Source of the DNA: a virus | Lineage: Duplodnaviria; Heunggongvirae; Uroviricota; Caudoviricetes | Length of the DNA stretch: 55,008 nt | Virus record (IMG/VR): IMGVR_UViG_3300045988_134234 | Location: 1 to 55,008 of that record | Reading direction: 5' to 3' (one strand) | Shown: positions 1-8,174 of the stretch, piece after piece | Layout of the letters: each line of letters starts with the position of its first letter | How positions within the stretch are numbered: position 1 is the first letter of the stretch | Notes under the pieces: model-generated | What the model was told of the DNA's origin: nothing | The model's database searches: none | What the model saw: only the letters and a program-made list of their open reading frames with translations | Position numbers and translations under genes: made by a program

Positions 1-248
1 CAAGGCTGGGACGGAAGTCACTGTCGTTCTCAAAATCGGTGGAGCTGCATGACAAAGTCATCGGGCATTATCTGAACATAAAACACTATCAGTAAGTTGG
101 AGTCATTACCAGCCTGCCCGGCGTGAGTGTCCTGTGCGCCTGGCGGCGTTTGCTGTTTTGCTCTTTCCTGATGAGTTCAAATACGCGTGTGAAATCCTTA
201 GAGGACAGGCCGTCAGTGATATATCGCCCGTCCTGATTTTTCAGGAAG

Positions 249-578
249 TCAGGCATTTTCTATCTCCGGTGCCGAGCCAGCGTAATCGCGAATCTTGTTT
301 CTTAGCCATGCTGCGTCAGGAAGAGTTAACGTTGTCCCGACCGGCATTTCTTCCATTTCTGACTCATGGCCCACCAGCACGCGAAATACCCAGCGCAAAT
401 CAGCGTTGCCATAGGCGCGATAGGCCGCCAGGTCTGAGCGATAAACCTCATCAATTTTTATCGTGTACTGGAAATTATCGGAGTGATACTCCGATACCCG
501 CTTGATCATCTCCTGATGGAATAGTGCGCGCAGCACATCGTCTTCAATGCATCGATCGTCGAGCCTGCTGTAACTCAT
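249..578 (-). CDS. hypothetical protein (109 aa)
   Basis: Complete ORF with RBS-like GAGGAA upstream; no recognisable motif. Confidence 0.4.
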   Translation of the reverse strand: MSYSRLDDRCIEDDVLRALFHQEMIKRVSEYHSDNFQYTIKIDEVYRSDLAAYRAYGNADLRWVFRVLVGHESEMEEMPVGTTLTLPDAAWLRNKIRDYAGSAPEIENA

Positions 579-774
579 AACAGTTCCTCACAGTCATAAC
601 CTGGGGGGAACTGTATGCAGGGTGTGAAATGCGAGAAACAGACAGGCCACCAGTTCAGGGGGATGTGGTTCATAAATCCCCTCACTGGTGACAAGTGACT
701 TTCATTAATCTTTATGCGGGGGCCAGCTTCATTGTTTGCTGGCTGTAGATTAAAAATTAAATAGTGTGAATGAC

Positions 775-909
775 ATGGACGTTATTCTCGAATTGTTAAA
801 GCTAATTGTTCTGTTTATGAACGCCTCGTTGACCACGCAAATACTGGCGTTAGTATTTTTGTTACTCTTCTACCTGGTATTAAGGGAGTTAACAAAGCTA
901 CTGAGTTGA
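775..909 (+). CDS. possible small hydrophobic peptide (~44 aa)
   Basis: Short ORF below ORF-track threshold, read by eye (MDVILELLKLIVLF...); approximate coordinates. Confidence 0.2.
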   Translation: MDVILELLKLIVLFMNASLTTQILALVFLLLFYLVLRELTKLLS

Positions 910-1563
910 TTAAAGTATCACCGTATCTTCATCAATTACTTGCCCGGCCAGCGATTTTGGTTGGGTATTTCCTGCTTTAGCTTTTTGATCGCTGATAATG
1001 GACAGGAACGAGGCCATTATCCCTGCTTTGTTTTCTTTCTCTACCGCTCCTGTCATTTGTTTCAGGTAATCCGCGCTGGCAACATTGTGGTATACCGTTG
1101 CATAGCAGCACAGAATCATCAGGATGTGCTCTGGTCGGATATCTTGCCAGTTAACTCGATAAACCTCTTCACCGTTGCCGTTGTATTCGGTATCGACGAT
1201 AGAGTCGGGGATCTCGAATGCCCCTTTGTTCTTGTCAGGCAGGGATAGCAGCCTTTGTAGTTTCAGCTCTCGGTATCTCTCCATGCCGACAATGATCGCC
1301 GCTCTGCCGTCGGCGTGCCGTGTTTTTAATGTTACCTGGCTGGCACCTGTACCGGCTGAAATGGTTGGCGTGATTTCGTCAACCAGCACCTTAAATTCGC
1401 TTTTACGCAGCTCGGCAATTGCTGGTGGAATTTTTCGTTTTTGTTCAATAGCAGATGCTGGGAGGGGCTTTACTTTGTCAATTACAAGCGCACCGTCTTT
1501 CAGGACTGCCGTAGCCATCAGCGGCTTGTTAGTCGAAAGGCTGAATATTGCGATCTTTTGCAT
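910..1563 (-). CDS. hypothetical protein (217 aa)
   Basis: Long ORF, GGAG about 9 nt upstream of ATG; no family recognised. Confidence 0.5.
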   Translation of the reverse strand: MQKIAIFSLSTNKPLMATAVLKDGALVIDKVKPLPASAIEQKRKIPPAIAELRKSEFKVLVDEITPTISAGTGASQVTLKTRHADGRAAIIVGMERYRELKLQRLLSLPDKNKGAFEIPDSIVDTEYNGNGEEVYRVNWQDIRPEHILMILCCYATVYHNVASADYLKQMTGAVEKENKAGIMASFLSIISDQKAKAGNTQPKSLAGQVIDEDTVIL

Positions 1564-1590
1564 GGCTTTTGCTCCACGATAGCAGGCACA

Positions 1591-1614
1591 AAAAAAGGCC
1601 GCACATGGCGGCCT
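1591..1614 (-). terminator. terminator-like hairpin (GGCCGC-loop-GCGGCC followed by T7 on minus strand)
   Basis: Perfect 6-bp GC stem followed by T-run on minus strand; sits in the 5' leader of the 910..1563 gene, so function is uncertain. Confidence 0.3.
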
Positions 1615-1829
1615 GCTTTGGCGTTATGACTCCCTACCGCGCATCGGCTGAAAGTTAGTCGTCAAAAGAACCTTCAACGGGAGCCGTTTGCGCAATGGAT
1701 TTTGTCCAGATTGTGATTTCCAGAATAGTGTCAACAATTTTTTTTGAATTTTTTATTCGCGCTGAATTTGGCCTAAGTCATTTTGGCGTAGATGTTTGTT
1801 TTTGTAACATAAAACTTCAGTTTGTTTAC

Positions 1830-2450
1830 ATGAAGGATGGTTTTGTGAAGTTAAGGGTTTTGGGAGCAGTGCTCGCGGTTATATTGGGGGGAGTTTCTCT
1901 TAATGCTGCCTATGCAGGCGCGTTACCTGCAAAGTATGAGGCTGGACTGAAGGTATTGCGGGACTATAAAACCGATAGACCTGATGAATTTATAGACTTT
2001 TGCGAAAAAGAAAATATCACGCTGCAACCGGTTGAACCGGGGTTTACAGGAAAGGGCGATTTCTGTTTGTTTGCGTATTCAGCAGACCGATTAGACAAGG
2101 CTATACGCAAGGCTGGCTATTCCACCAAAGACACTATGACAGCGTTAAGTAAAAGCTGGATGCAGTTTCAAGTTTATAGCCGGGAAGGAATGGGGGAGCT
2201 GTTGCAGCCGTTGTATGCTCTAGCATTGGTGCCGGAAGGTCAGCAGTTTCTGATCAAGAAAGGGTTCATGAGGGAGGAAGATGTAGCTGGTTTCGATGCC
2301 ATCGTTGCCTATGAAAAACAACTCAAGGAACAGCGCAATAAAAAACCATCTGCCTCATGCGTGCAAAGCAAAACAGCAGAATACAGCGCAGTGGCTGGGC
2401 CTTTAGCCCCACAAATGGCAGAGCAATGGTGTAAACAATACGGGCAATAA
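1830..2450 (+). CDS. secreted protein with N-terminal signal peptide
   Basis: Internal ATG of ORF 1695..2450; hydrophobic signal VKLRVLGAVLAVILGGVSLNAAYA; AT-rich upstream region. Confidence 0.5.
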   Translation: MKDGFVKLRVLGAVLAVILGGVSLNAAYAGALPAKYEAGLKVLRDYKTDRPDEFIDFCEKENITLQPVEPGFTGKGDFCLFAYSADRLDKAIRKAGYSTKDTMTALSKSWMQFQVYSREGMGELLQPLYALALVPEGQQFLIKKGFMREEDVAGFDAIVAYEKQLKEQRNKKPSASCVQSKTAEYSAVAGPLAPQMAEQWCKQYGQ

Positions 2451-2470
2451 GTTACGCAGCGGAGGCAGAA

Positions 2471-2863
2471 TTGAAAAGATTAGCTATTGCTTTATTGGCA
2501 GCTTTCCCTTTGATCGCTCACGCCGGGAATTTACAAGTGAAGTGCGGTAGGTTTGATATAAAAATCTATCCGAACGCCATATTTCTGAATGGGAATAAGG
2601 TCGATAACGCGCACCGGAAAACTGAATCTGACGTAATGAGCTATGTGTTCCAGGAGTATGCCGAGATGGGGGGAACTTACACGTTGTACTCGCTGGATGT
2701 TCCTTCTCGTGGTGATATGACGTTATCTCATCAATGGCAGAATGCCGATGGCGAAGCTCTGCGCGAGGTTAAAACAGAAAAATGTGGCACTTTCCATTCT
2801 TTTAAAGGGAAAGCGCCCAATGTTAAATCTACGCTTGAAAAACAGCGTGCTGGTGAGCTTTAA
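2471..2863 (+). CDS. small secreted protein with signal peptide
   Basis: MKRLAIALLAAFPLIAHA signal-like N-terminus; follows previous gene by about 20 nt. Confidence 0.5.
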   Translation: MKRLAIALLAAFPLIAHAGNLQVKCGRFDIKIYPNAIFLNGNKVDNAHRKTESDVMSYVFQEYAEMGGTYTLYSLDVPSRGDMTLSHQWQNADGEALREVKTEKCGTFHSFKGKAPNVKSTLEKQRAGEL

Positions 2864-3198
2864 GCCCCTTTAATCACGGAGATTTCGTTTCCCGCACGAT
2901 AGCGGCGGGGAACGGAACTCTCCATCAGGTCGCGAATTGCTCCCGCCTCACGCAGTTCCTCTGTCTCCCAGTATCTGTTTGTCACCAGGTCAAGGCTGGC
3001 AATGACTTTATGCCGGTCATTCGGCATTGCTTCTTTTTCAGCCATTATCATCAGTGAGAACTCTTCATCCAGTAGAATTTGATACCAGACTTTTGACAGT
3101 TCCAACTCTCTAATGAGGGTGAAGCGCCGCTCAATTGTGGCGGAAGAATAAGTGAAATCAATTTTTTTCGTGGCATACATTTTGCTGTGTCCGGTCAC
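2860..3198 (-). CDS. hypothetical protein (112 aa)
   Basis: ORF only; no motif recognised. Confidence 0.35.
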   Translation of the reverse strand: MTGHSKMYATKKIDFTYSSATIERRFTLIRELELSKVWYQILLDEEFSLMIMAEKEAMPNDRHKVIASLDLVTNRYWETEELREAGAIRDLMESSVPRRYRAGNEISVIKGA

Positions 3199-3210
3199 TT
3201 AGTAGTTAAA

Positions 3211-3229
3211 GCCCCGGCATGACCGGGGC
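3211..3229 (-). terminator. GC-rich hairpin downstream of Rha-like gene
   Basis: GCCCCGG-catga-CCGGGGC stem-loop; weak T tract; a similar hairpin follows the paralogous module at about 43979..43997. Confidence 0.3.
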
Positions 3230-3236
3230 AAATCTA

Positions 3237-4163
3237 TTAACTAACAATCCAGTCGGTCGCTGCTACATCTTCTGGCTGTAAATCAATCGCACAGATCTTG
3301 CCGTCGCGAATGGTGCGCCAGTTTTTCCGTGAGCCTCTTTCGGGCCATACCCAGACACTTTCAGGCCAGGATGCTCGACGGCATACGGTTGCATACCCTG
3401 TTTTAATCTTCTCTCTGGCGGTATGCAACGACAGGTTTGCCTTTGGACTTTCAGGCACAGGATGGTGAATGGCCTGAAATAGCCCCATCCTGGGATGATA
3501 CCAGCGTTTGTTACGTGGTTCTGCCTCCGACATAACCTGCTTAAAGGCTTTCCGGAAGGGGGCCAGGGCCACAATGGAGCGTCTCGCGAGCAAACCATCG
3601 GGAGTTAAAAACTCATGTGTATCGGTGGGAATCCGATACGCATTGACCAGGTTACGGCATTTGGCTTCAGTCAGGCCGCATTTCGCCGCTAACTGGCGGT
3701 AGCCAATGTAGCCTTCCGGAATATTGCCTTTCTTTATTTGCTCGACGGTTTCAGCGACTTTGGACACTTGTGCCGATACTTCGGCTACCTGGGCATTAAC
3801 GGCGTTGATCCGGCGTTCATGCTCAAGATGCATTTGCGCCATTTCGGCCAGGATTTCGGCTTTTGATTTTAACGGTCCCCTGGCATTCTCCAGTTCGCGC
3901 CAGCGGTCCACCAGCCGGGCGGTGAATTCGGGAGAGAGCTGCGCGACGACAATGATGCTATCGCGCTTGCCTTGCTCGCCTTCGAAGACGTAATAGCTCG
4001 CCGGGCGGCCTGCGGTGGGCTTTTCCTCAATTTGAGGAAAAGATATTACGCCCCGTTCCGCCAAGTGTTCAATGGTGCGTTTAACGTTATCAGGGCGCTT
4101 TCCTACCAGTTCCGCGATCTCAATGCTGGTCATTGTCGCTTTTTGAGAGATGGACAGATTCAT
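3237..4163 (-). CDS. Rha-family phage regulatory/antirepressor-like protein with DUF2829-like C-terminal domain
   Basis: N-terminus IEIAELVGKRPDNVKRTIEHL matches recalled Rha signature (IAE.FGK.H.NV.R.I..L); C-terminal 65 aa (CRRASW...VWVWPE...ATDWIVS) resembles the separate 70-aa ORF at 44006..44218. Confidence 0.6.
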   Translation of the reverse strand: MNLSISQKATMTSIEIAELVGKRPDNVKRTIEHLAERGVISFPQIEEKPTAGRPASYYVFEGEQGKRDSIIVVAQLSPEFTARLVDRWRELENARGPLKSKAEILAEMAQMHLEHERRINAVNAQVAEVSAQVSKVAETVEQIKKGNIPEGYIGYRQLAAKCGLTEAKCRNLVNAYRIPTDTHEFLTPDGLLARRSIVALAPFRKAFKQVMSEAEPRNKRWYHPRMGLFQAIHHPVPESPKANLSLHTAREKIKTGYATVCRRASWPESVWVWPERGSRKNWRTIRDGKICAIDLQPEDVAATDWIVS

Positions 4164-4378
4164 CAGTGCACCTCCACGCAGTTCATTGGCAGATTCCAGT
4201 AATTGAGGATCTCCATCGCATCAAGAGTGAAGCGAGCAGCAAAAATGCAGGGTTCTTCGGGAAGGTATGAGCGCGCCTCTGCTTCGGTAGCAGCCATTAC
4301 GCAGATATAAAGGTGTTTTTGGCAGGAATAGAAACGCCAGATAAATTCAGAATGAGTTGGGGTAGGGATAGTAGCCAT
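4163..4378 (-). CDS. small protein upstream of Rha-like gene (Icd/Ash-like position)
   Basis: 71 aa, AAGGAGG RBS, start overlaps stop of downstream gene; paralog at 44910..45134 shares EFIWRF...AATE.EARS motif. Confidence 0.5.
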   Translation of the reverse strand: MATIPTPTHSEFIWRFYSCQKHLYICVMAATEAEARSYLPEEPCIFAARFTLDAMEILNYWNLPMNCVEVH

Positions 4379-4379
4379 A

Positions 4380-4640
4380 TTGGCAGCCTCCTTTGACTAA
4401 GTTAAGGAGCTACCGCGTGAGGTTCCAATCTCAATGGCGGTAGCACTGACTGGGTTGGAACTACCGGCGTCAAAGGGAACCGGCCTGCCTTTCGGCAGCC
4501 CAGCCAGCACTACCATTGATCTCTGAGCTAAACGCTACGTATGGCTGTGCGATGGCGTGACACAAAAAAAGACGCTTTCGGCGTCTGTGTCGCCTTTGAC
4601 ATTATCCGGGGTTCCAATCCCGGCACCCGTTTTTCTAAGG
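4380..4640 (-). ncRNA. structured leader / candidate antisense-regulatory RNA (C4-like hypothesis)
   Basis: About 260 nt untranslated leader with repeated GATTGGAACC elements and a complementary GTTCCAACC element, multiple hairpins, and an anti-SD hairpin (CTCCTT...AAGGAG) sequestering the RBS of the 71-aa gene. Confidence 0.25.
4562..4586 (-). terminator. rho-independent terminator (minus strand)
   Basis: GACGC-cgaaa-GCGTC hairpin followed by T7 on minus strand. Confidence 0.55.
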
Positions 4641-4690
4641 TGCCGTAGAAATATACCTCACGATAATGCCAGGGCGCAACAGTCAGTATT

Positions 4691-4858
4691 TTATGCTTTG
4701 GCGGATTTCTTCCGGGCTTGCTTGCAGGCGTAGGCCATTGCTTTAGCTTTCACTTCATCCAGCTTTCCGGTGATCACTTCTTTTCCGAGAGTGACAAACC
4801 AGTCATAGCAACCGCCAGTAATGTTCTGGATTTGAAAGTTGAGGTAGCGAACGGTCAT
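4691..4858 (-). CDS. possible small protein (~55 aa)
   Basis: ORF below threshold read by eye (MTVRYLNFQIQNITGGCYDWFV...); G-rich RBS-like tract upstream; approximate coordinates. Confidence 0.3.
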   Translation of the reverse strand: MTVRYLNFQIQNITGGCYDWFVTLGKEVITGKLDEVKAKAMAYACKQARKKSAKA

Positions 4859-5179
4859 TTTGACCCCCCCAGCGCGAGTAAAGAATGCAGATTATCGCGT
4901 GAGTGGCGGACAACGAGTGATGGGAAAAGACAGTAGCTGTTCATAGTGTAGTGACTCCTTGCTTTCGGAGCCGCCATCGACTGTTCCACGGTCTGGTGGC
5001 GGCGCAATAAAGGTTGGAACACCGTGAGTCAACGGGGGCTTTTCAGCCACCTATATTGCACCGCCATTGGTATGGCGGCGGCAATCATACGAAAAACCAA
5101 ACGGTTTGTCTCAAAAAGTTGACCGGTGTACCAATCGGTTGTGAATGTACAACGGCGAATCTCACAATTCAACTTAAAA

Positions 5180-5202
5180 TGTTAGAAAATTAATTTATTA
5201 AT
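5180..5202. promoter_or_regulatory. operator-like motif TGTTAGAAAATTAATTTATTAA
   Basis: Member of a dispersed motif family (more than 12 copies) located at promoter regions. Confidence 0.4.
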
Positions 5203-5765
5203 TCAGTCACCATCTGATACAACGTCATTTCATCAGCATTGTGCCGCCTGAAATCTGCTTTGCCGCCTATTTTTCCATCAGCATGAACAGGAACCAACCA
5301 GGGGTATTGCTCGCGGATCTCTGCTGGCGCTGCGTGTTGATGGTGCCATTTACACAAAGGGAGGACGTATTTATGCGCGTTCTCTGCTGTTCTCCCGAAG
5401 ATGTGGTGCAGGGATACCACAGGGCTATGCTGTCCGTGCATATGGCAGGCAATGCAGGGGAGAGCACCGATGGCAGTTTGTATCCGGCGCTCATCTGCTG
5501 TGAGTGTTCTGCCTTTCAGGCCGCGTGACGCGCGAGTTTTTTTGACAGGAGCAGAAGCGGCCTTCTCTTTTCTTCGCTGTTCATATTGCTTCGCTTTTTC
5601 AATTTTCTTTTGCCGATATTCAGGCGATGCGGCTTTTTCTCGCGCACGCTGCTGCTGGCGTTGAGCTTGCTGAAGACGCTTTGCCCTTTGTTCCTCCCGC
5701 CATTTCGGATCAGCCAGTTTTTGCAGGGCTTTTTGTGTCTGTTTCTCCCAATAGCTTTGCTTCAT
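5190..5765 (-). CDS. HNH-family nuclease with basic N-terminal region (P1 Ref-like)
   Basis: C-terminal C..C / HH...N..H...LCKWHH HNH-like motif; Lys/Arg/Gln-rich low-complexity N-terminus; ATG chosen at Met15 of ORF 5190..5807 (a TTG at 5807 is the alternative); operator palindrome immediately upstream. Confidence 0.5.
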   Translation of the reverse strand: MKQSYWEKQTQKALQKLADPKWREEQRAKRLQQAQRQQQRAREKAASPEYRQKKIEKAKQYEQRRKEKAASAPVKKTRASRGLKGRTLTADERRIQTAIGALPCIACHMHGQHSPVVSLHHIFGRTAENAHKYVLPLCKWHHQHAAPAEIREQYPWLVPVHADGKIGGKADFRRHNADEMTLYQMVTELIN

Positions 5766-5810
5766 AGAAATACCCGGTTTGTCTACATCGCCGCTATGGT
5801 TGATCAAATG

Positions 5811-5840
5811 TGTTAGAAAATCAAAATTGATTTTCTAACA
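5811..5840. promoter_or_regulatory. 30-bp near-perfect palindromic operator TGTTAGAAAATCAAA/ATTGATTTTCTAACA
   Basis: Inverted pair of the dispersed motif between divergent Ref-like gene and the 5882.. operon. Confidence 0.6.
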
Positions 5841-5881
5841 CAAAATGAAGATACTTTTTTCAGACGCTATATCAGGAGGTC

Positions 5882-6037
5882 ATGATGCTTGTCGCAATAA
5901 GTGCAATCCACCAGCAATCCGGTACAGAAATTGGGTTGCTATATGCCCTGTTTTTCACTGTCCTGGCGTTGTTTGAGCTGGGCATTGAACTCTTTGCTCT
6001 CATCAACTTTTGCGTAACGTTCCTGGGGAAACTTTGA
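5882..6037 (+). CDS. possible small membrane peptide (~51 aa)
   Basis: Strong AGGAGG RBS; hydrophobic MMLVAISAIHQQSGTEIGLLYALFFTVLALF...; stop overlaps ATG of next gene (TGATG); approximate coordinates. Confidence 0.35.
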   Translation: MMLVAISAIHQQSGTEIGLLYALFFTVLALFELGIELFALINFCVTFLGKL

Positions 6038-6648
6038 TGTCAAAACGCATTATGAAAATTTACATCGCGGGTCCGATGACTGGTTATCCCGACTACAACC
6101 GCACAGCGTTTTTTTCGAAAGCAAAAGAGCTGATGGAGGAAGGGCATATTGTTCTGAATCCGGCGCTGTTACCTGCTGGCCTCTGCCAGAGCGAATACAT
6201 GGATATTTGCCTTGCAATGGTGCGTTCGGCTAATGCGGTCTATTTGCTCAAGGGGTGGGAGGAATCAGTTGGCGCTCGTGCAGAGCACGAGCTGGCTCAA
6301 AAGCTGGGGCTGAATGTAATTTATGAGTCACCAACCAACATTGAATGCCAAGTTGCTCCGCATATTTACCGGGAACTGGTCAATGCACTGCGTGATATCG
6401 CTGCTGTATATCACGGCACAGAACAGCTTCGTGAGCGTTTAGCCCATACCATTTCCTATTACCTGTCTGCATCTCATGAGCACAAGCTCCGTCAGAAGGT
6501 AATGATCAAATTTATCATGAGGTTATCGAAATCCCTGGCAAACGCCGATCCAAAGAATCCATTACCGAAAGTGGCAATGAATTACCTGAAGTCCTGCAAC
6601 ATTGTTTCTGAAGATGGCGTTCTTTTGGTTAGAAGGAGTTCTGCGTGA
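6037..6648 (+). CDS. nucleoside 2-deoxyribosyltransferase-like (DUF4406-like) N-terminal domain protein
   Basis: KIYIAGPMTGYPDYN...VLNP...YLLKGWEESVGARAEHELAQKLGL resembles recalled DUF4406/NDT-like fold signature; internal ATG of ORF 6010..6648. Confidence 0.4.
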   Translation: MSKRIMKIYIAGPMTGYPDYNRTAFFSKAKELMEEGHIVLNPALLPAGLCQSEYMDICLAMVRSANAVYLLKGWEESVGARAEHELAQKLGLNVIYESPTNIECQVAPHIYRELVNALRDIAAVYHGTEQLRERLAHTISYYLSASHEHKLRQKVMIKFIMRLSKSLANADPKNPLPKVAMNYLKSCNIVSEDGVLLVRRSSA

Positions 6649-6962
6649 GCTGGCGGGGATGGGGAAGGGCAGAAATCATGATACTCCGCCAGTGCGCCGG
6701 GACTATGACAGTCGAGGGTATTGGGAGACTGATCGGGCGTACCGGTGGTGCTGTCAGGACTAAAGCGCGGCAATTGCGGATCAGCATGATTCTGAAAGGT
6801 GACTTTCACCAGTCAGCCAAATACCGGCAGAGCGATATAGAGCTGGCGCGGCAGCTTCATCAGTGTGGCGTTCCCCGCCGTGAGATCGCAGAAAAGCTCG
6901 AAATGCCCCTGGGCATGATTAATCAGTACGTTTATTTCGAAAGGAGAGTGCATGAAGTCTGA
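6645..6962 (+). CDS. small HTH-like DNA-binding protein
   Basis: GTG start after AGGAG; two HTH-like segments (GRLIGRTGGAVRTKARQL; REIAEKLEMPLGMINQYV). Confidence 0.4.
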   Translation: MSWRGWGRAEIMILRQCAGTMTVEGIGRLIGRTGGAVRTKARQLRISMILKGDFHQSAKYRQSDIELARQLHQCGVPRREIAEKLEMPLGMINQYVYFERRVHEV

Positions 6963-7455
6963 AGGTTTAACGCCCGCACAACTGGCAGAGCGTAACGCTG
7001 AGTATGTAACGGAAATTTCCCGACTTGAGAAAGAGCGCGCGGCGCTGGCGGCGGAGAATGCACTTGCTCGTAAAGCTGTTCAGGCATTCTGTGATGTTGT
7101 TGGCGACAACACTGAGATTATCTCCGAGTTGGTTGGGCAAGATGGCGTTCTGGTTATTTTGAAGGCCATGAAGGCAACAGGAAATATGTCAGCCACCGAC
7201 GCTTTCCTGGCTGAAATACGTGCGGAGGCACGCAACGAGGGGATTAACTACACCGCAAGCCGTCTTGCTGCTGCGTTCAATCACGGATTTATCAATAAGT
7301 CTTTGCGTGAAGTTTTCGACGTTACACGCATGATTTTGTCAGCGAAAGAAGAGTTGGCTAATGAACCGCATCCGATTGATGGCCTGTCCGGTGAATATGC
7401 GGAGAAATCCCTTGAAGAATGGGCGGAACAGATTCGCAAAGGAGTTCAGTCATGA
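6952..7455 (+). CDS. hypothetical coiled-coil protein
   Basis: AAGGAGAG RBS; coiled-coil segment ERAALAAENALARK also seen in the 8495.. gene. Confidence 0.45.
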   Translation: MKSEGLTPAQLAERNAEYVTEISRLEKERAALAAENALARKAVQAFCDVVGDNTEIISELVGQDGVLVILKAMKATGNMSATDAFLAEIRAEARNEGINYTASRLAAAFNHGFINKSLREVFDVTRMILSAKEELANEPHPIDGLSGEYAEKSLEEWAEQIRKGVQS

Positions 7456-7685
7456 GCATCCGAACTGAACATGGATTTGGTCCTTCAACGGTCGAAGTCG
7501 AATGGCTTGATGATTGCCCTAAGTGCCAGCACGGCAAAGCCAGGGTAACAGGATGGTCGGTAACCAAAGATTCTTTGTGGGCGGGTGATGAGGCCGTTTG
7601 TTCCAAATGCGGTCACAAAGGTGAAATCGATGCTGATGGAGAGAATGCCTGGGTGGAATGGGACGAAATCGAGGAGGCACAATGA
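7452..7685 (+). CDS. small zinc-ribbon protein (CxxC...CxxC)
   Basis: CPKCQHG...CSKCGHKG; start overlaps upstream stop. Confidence 0.45.
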   Translation: MSIRTEHGFGPSTVEVEWLDDCPKCQHGKARVTGWSVTKDSLWAGDEAVCSKCGHKGEIDADGENAWVEWDEIEEAQ

Positions 7686-8173
7686 GCAACATCGACATCG
7701 ACACACTGGCGCTGCGTGAGGCGGCAGAACGTGCAATTCCGGCAATGGAACGCCTGTTAATGTTGCCAGTTGATGATGATCTGATAAGTGAACAGGAACT
7801 TAAAGATTACGGTGTGGATATTGATGCGCTCAACGCCTTCAAATTTCTGGCCGGACCAGAAACCGTGCTGGCGCTTCTGGATGAACGGGAAAGAAACCAG
7901 CAATACATCAAACGCCGCGACCAGGAGAACGAGGATATTGCGCTAACGGTAGGGAAGCTGCGCGTTGAGCTTGAAGCAGAAAAACAGCGGGCAAAGGTTC
8001 TATTTATGGAAAATGCTCGGCTTAAGTCAGGCATAGCCGGTCTGATACACCTCGGTATTCGATATGCAGATGTTGAGGTCATGAAAATTGCTGGAGATGC
8101 CCAGCTTTCTACCCCATGCACTGACAGCATCATAAACAGCATTGCAACAGGCATTCGCATCAAAGGAGAGTGA
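7682..8173 (+). CDS. Ea22-like coiled-coil protein
   Basis: N-terminal [10 protein letters not shown] motif shared with the 12322.. gene; C-terminal GIRIKGE shared with the 12322.. gene. Confidence 0.4.
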   Translation: MSNIDIDTLALREAAERAIPAMERLLMLPVDDDLISEQELKDYGVDIDALNAFKFLAGPETVLALLDERERNQQYIKRRDQENEDIALTVGKLRVELEAEKQRAKVLFMENARLKSGIAGLIHLGIRYADVEVMKIAGDAQLSTPCTDSIINSIATGIRIKGE

Positions 8174-8174
8174 G

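Noticed and set aside
134-505. Plus-strand ORF (123 aa)
   Set aside because: Overlaps the better-supported minus-strand gene 249..578; no RBS; low-complexity translation.
4380-4640. tmRNA (ssrA) or tRNA attachment-site remnant
   Set aside because: T-arm-like segment (CCGGGGTTCCAATCCCGG) is present but there is no acceptor/CCA context and no tag-peptide reading frame; more consistent with a structured leader.
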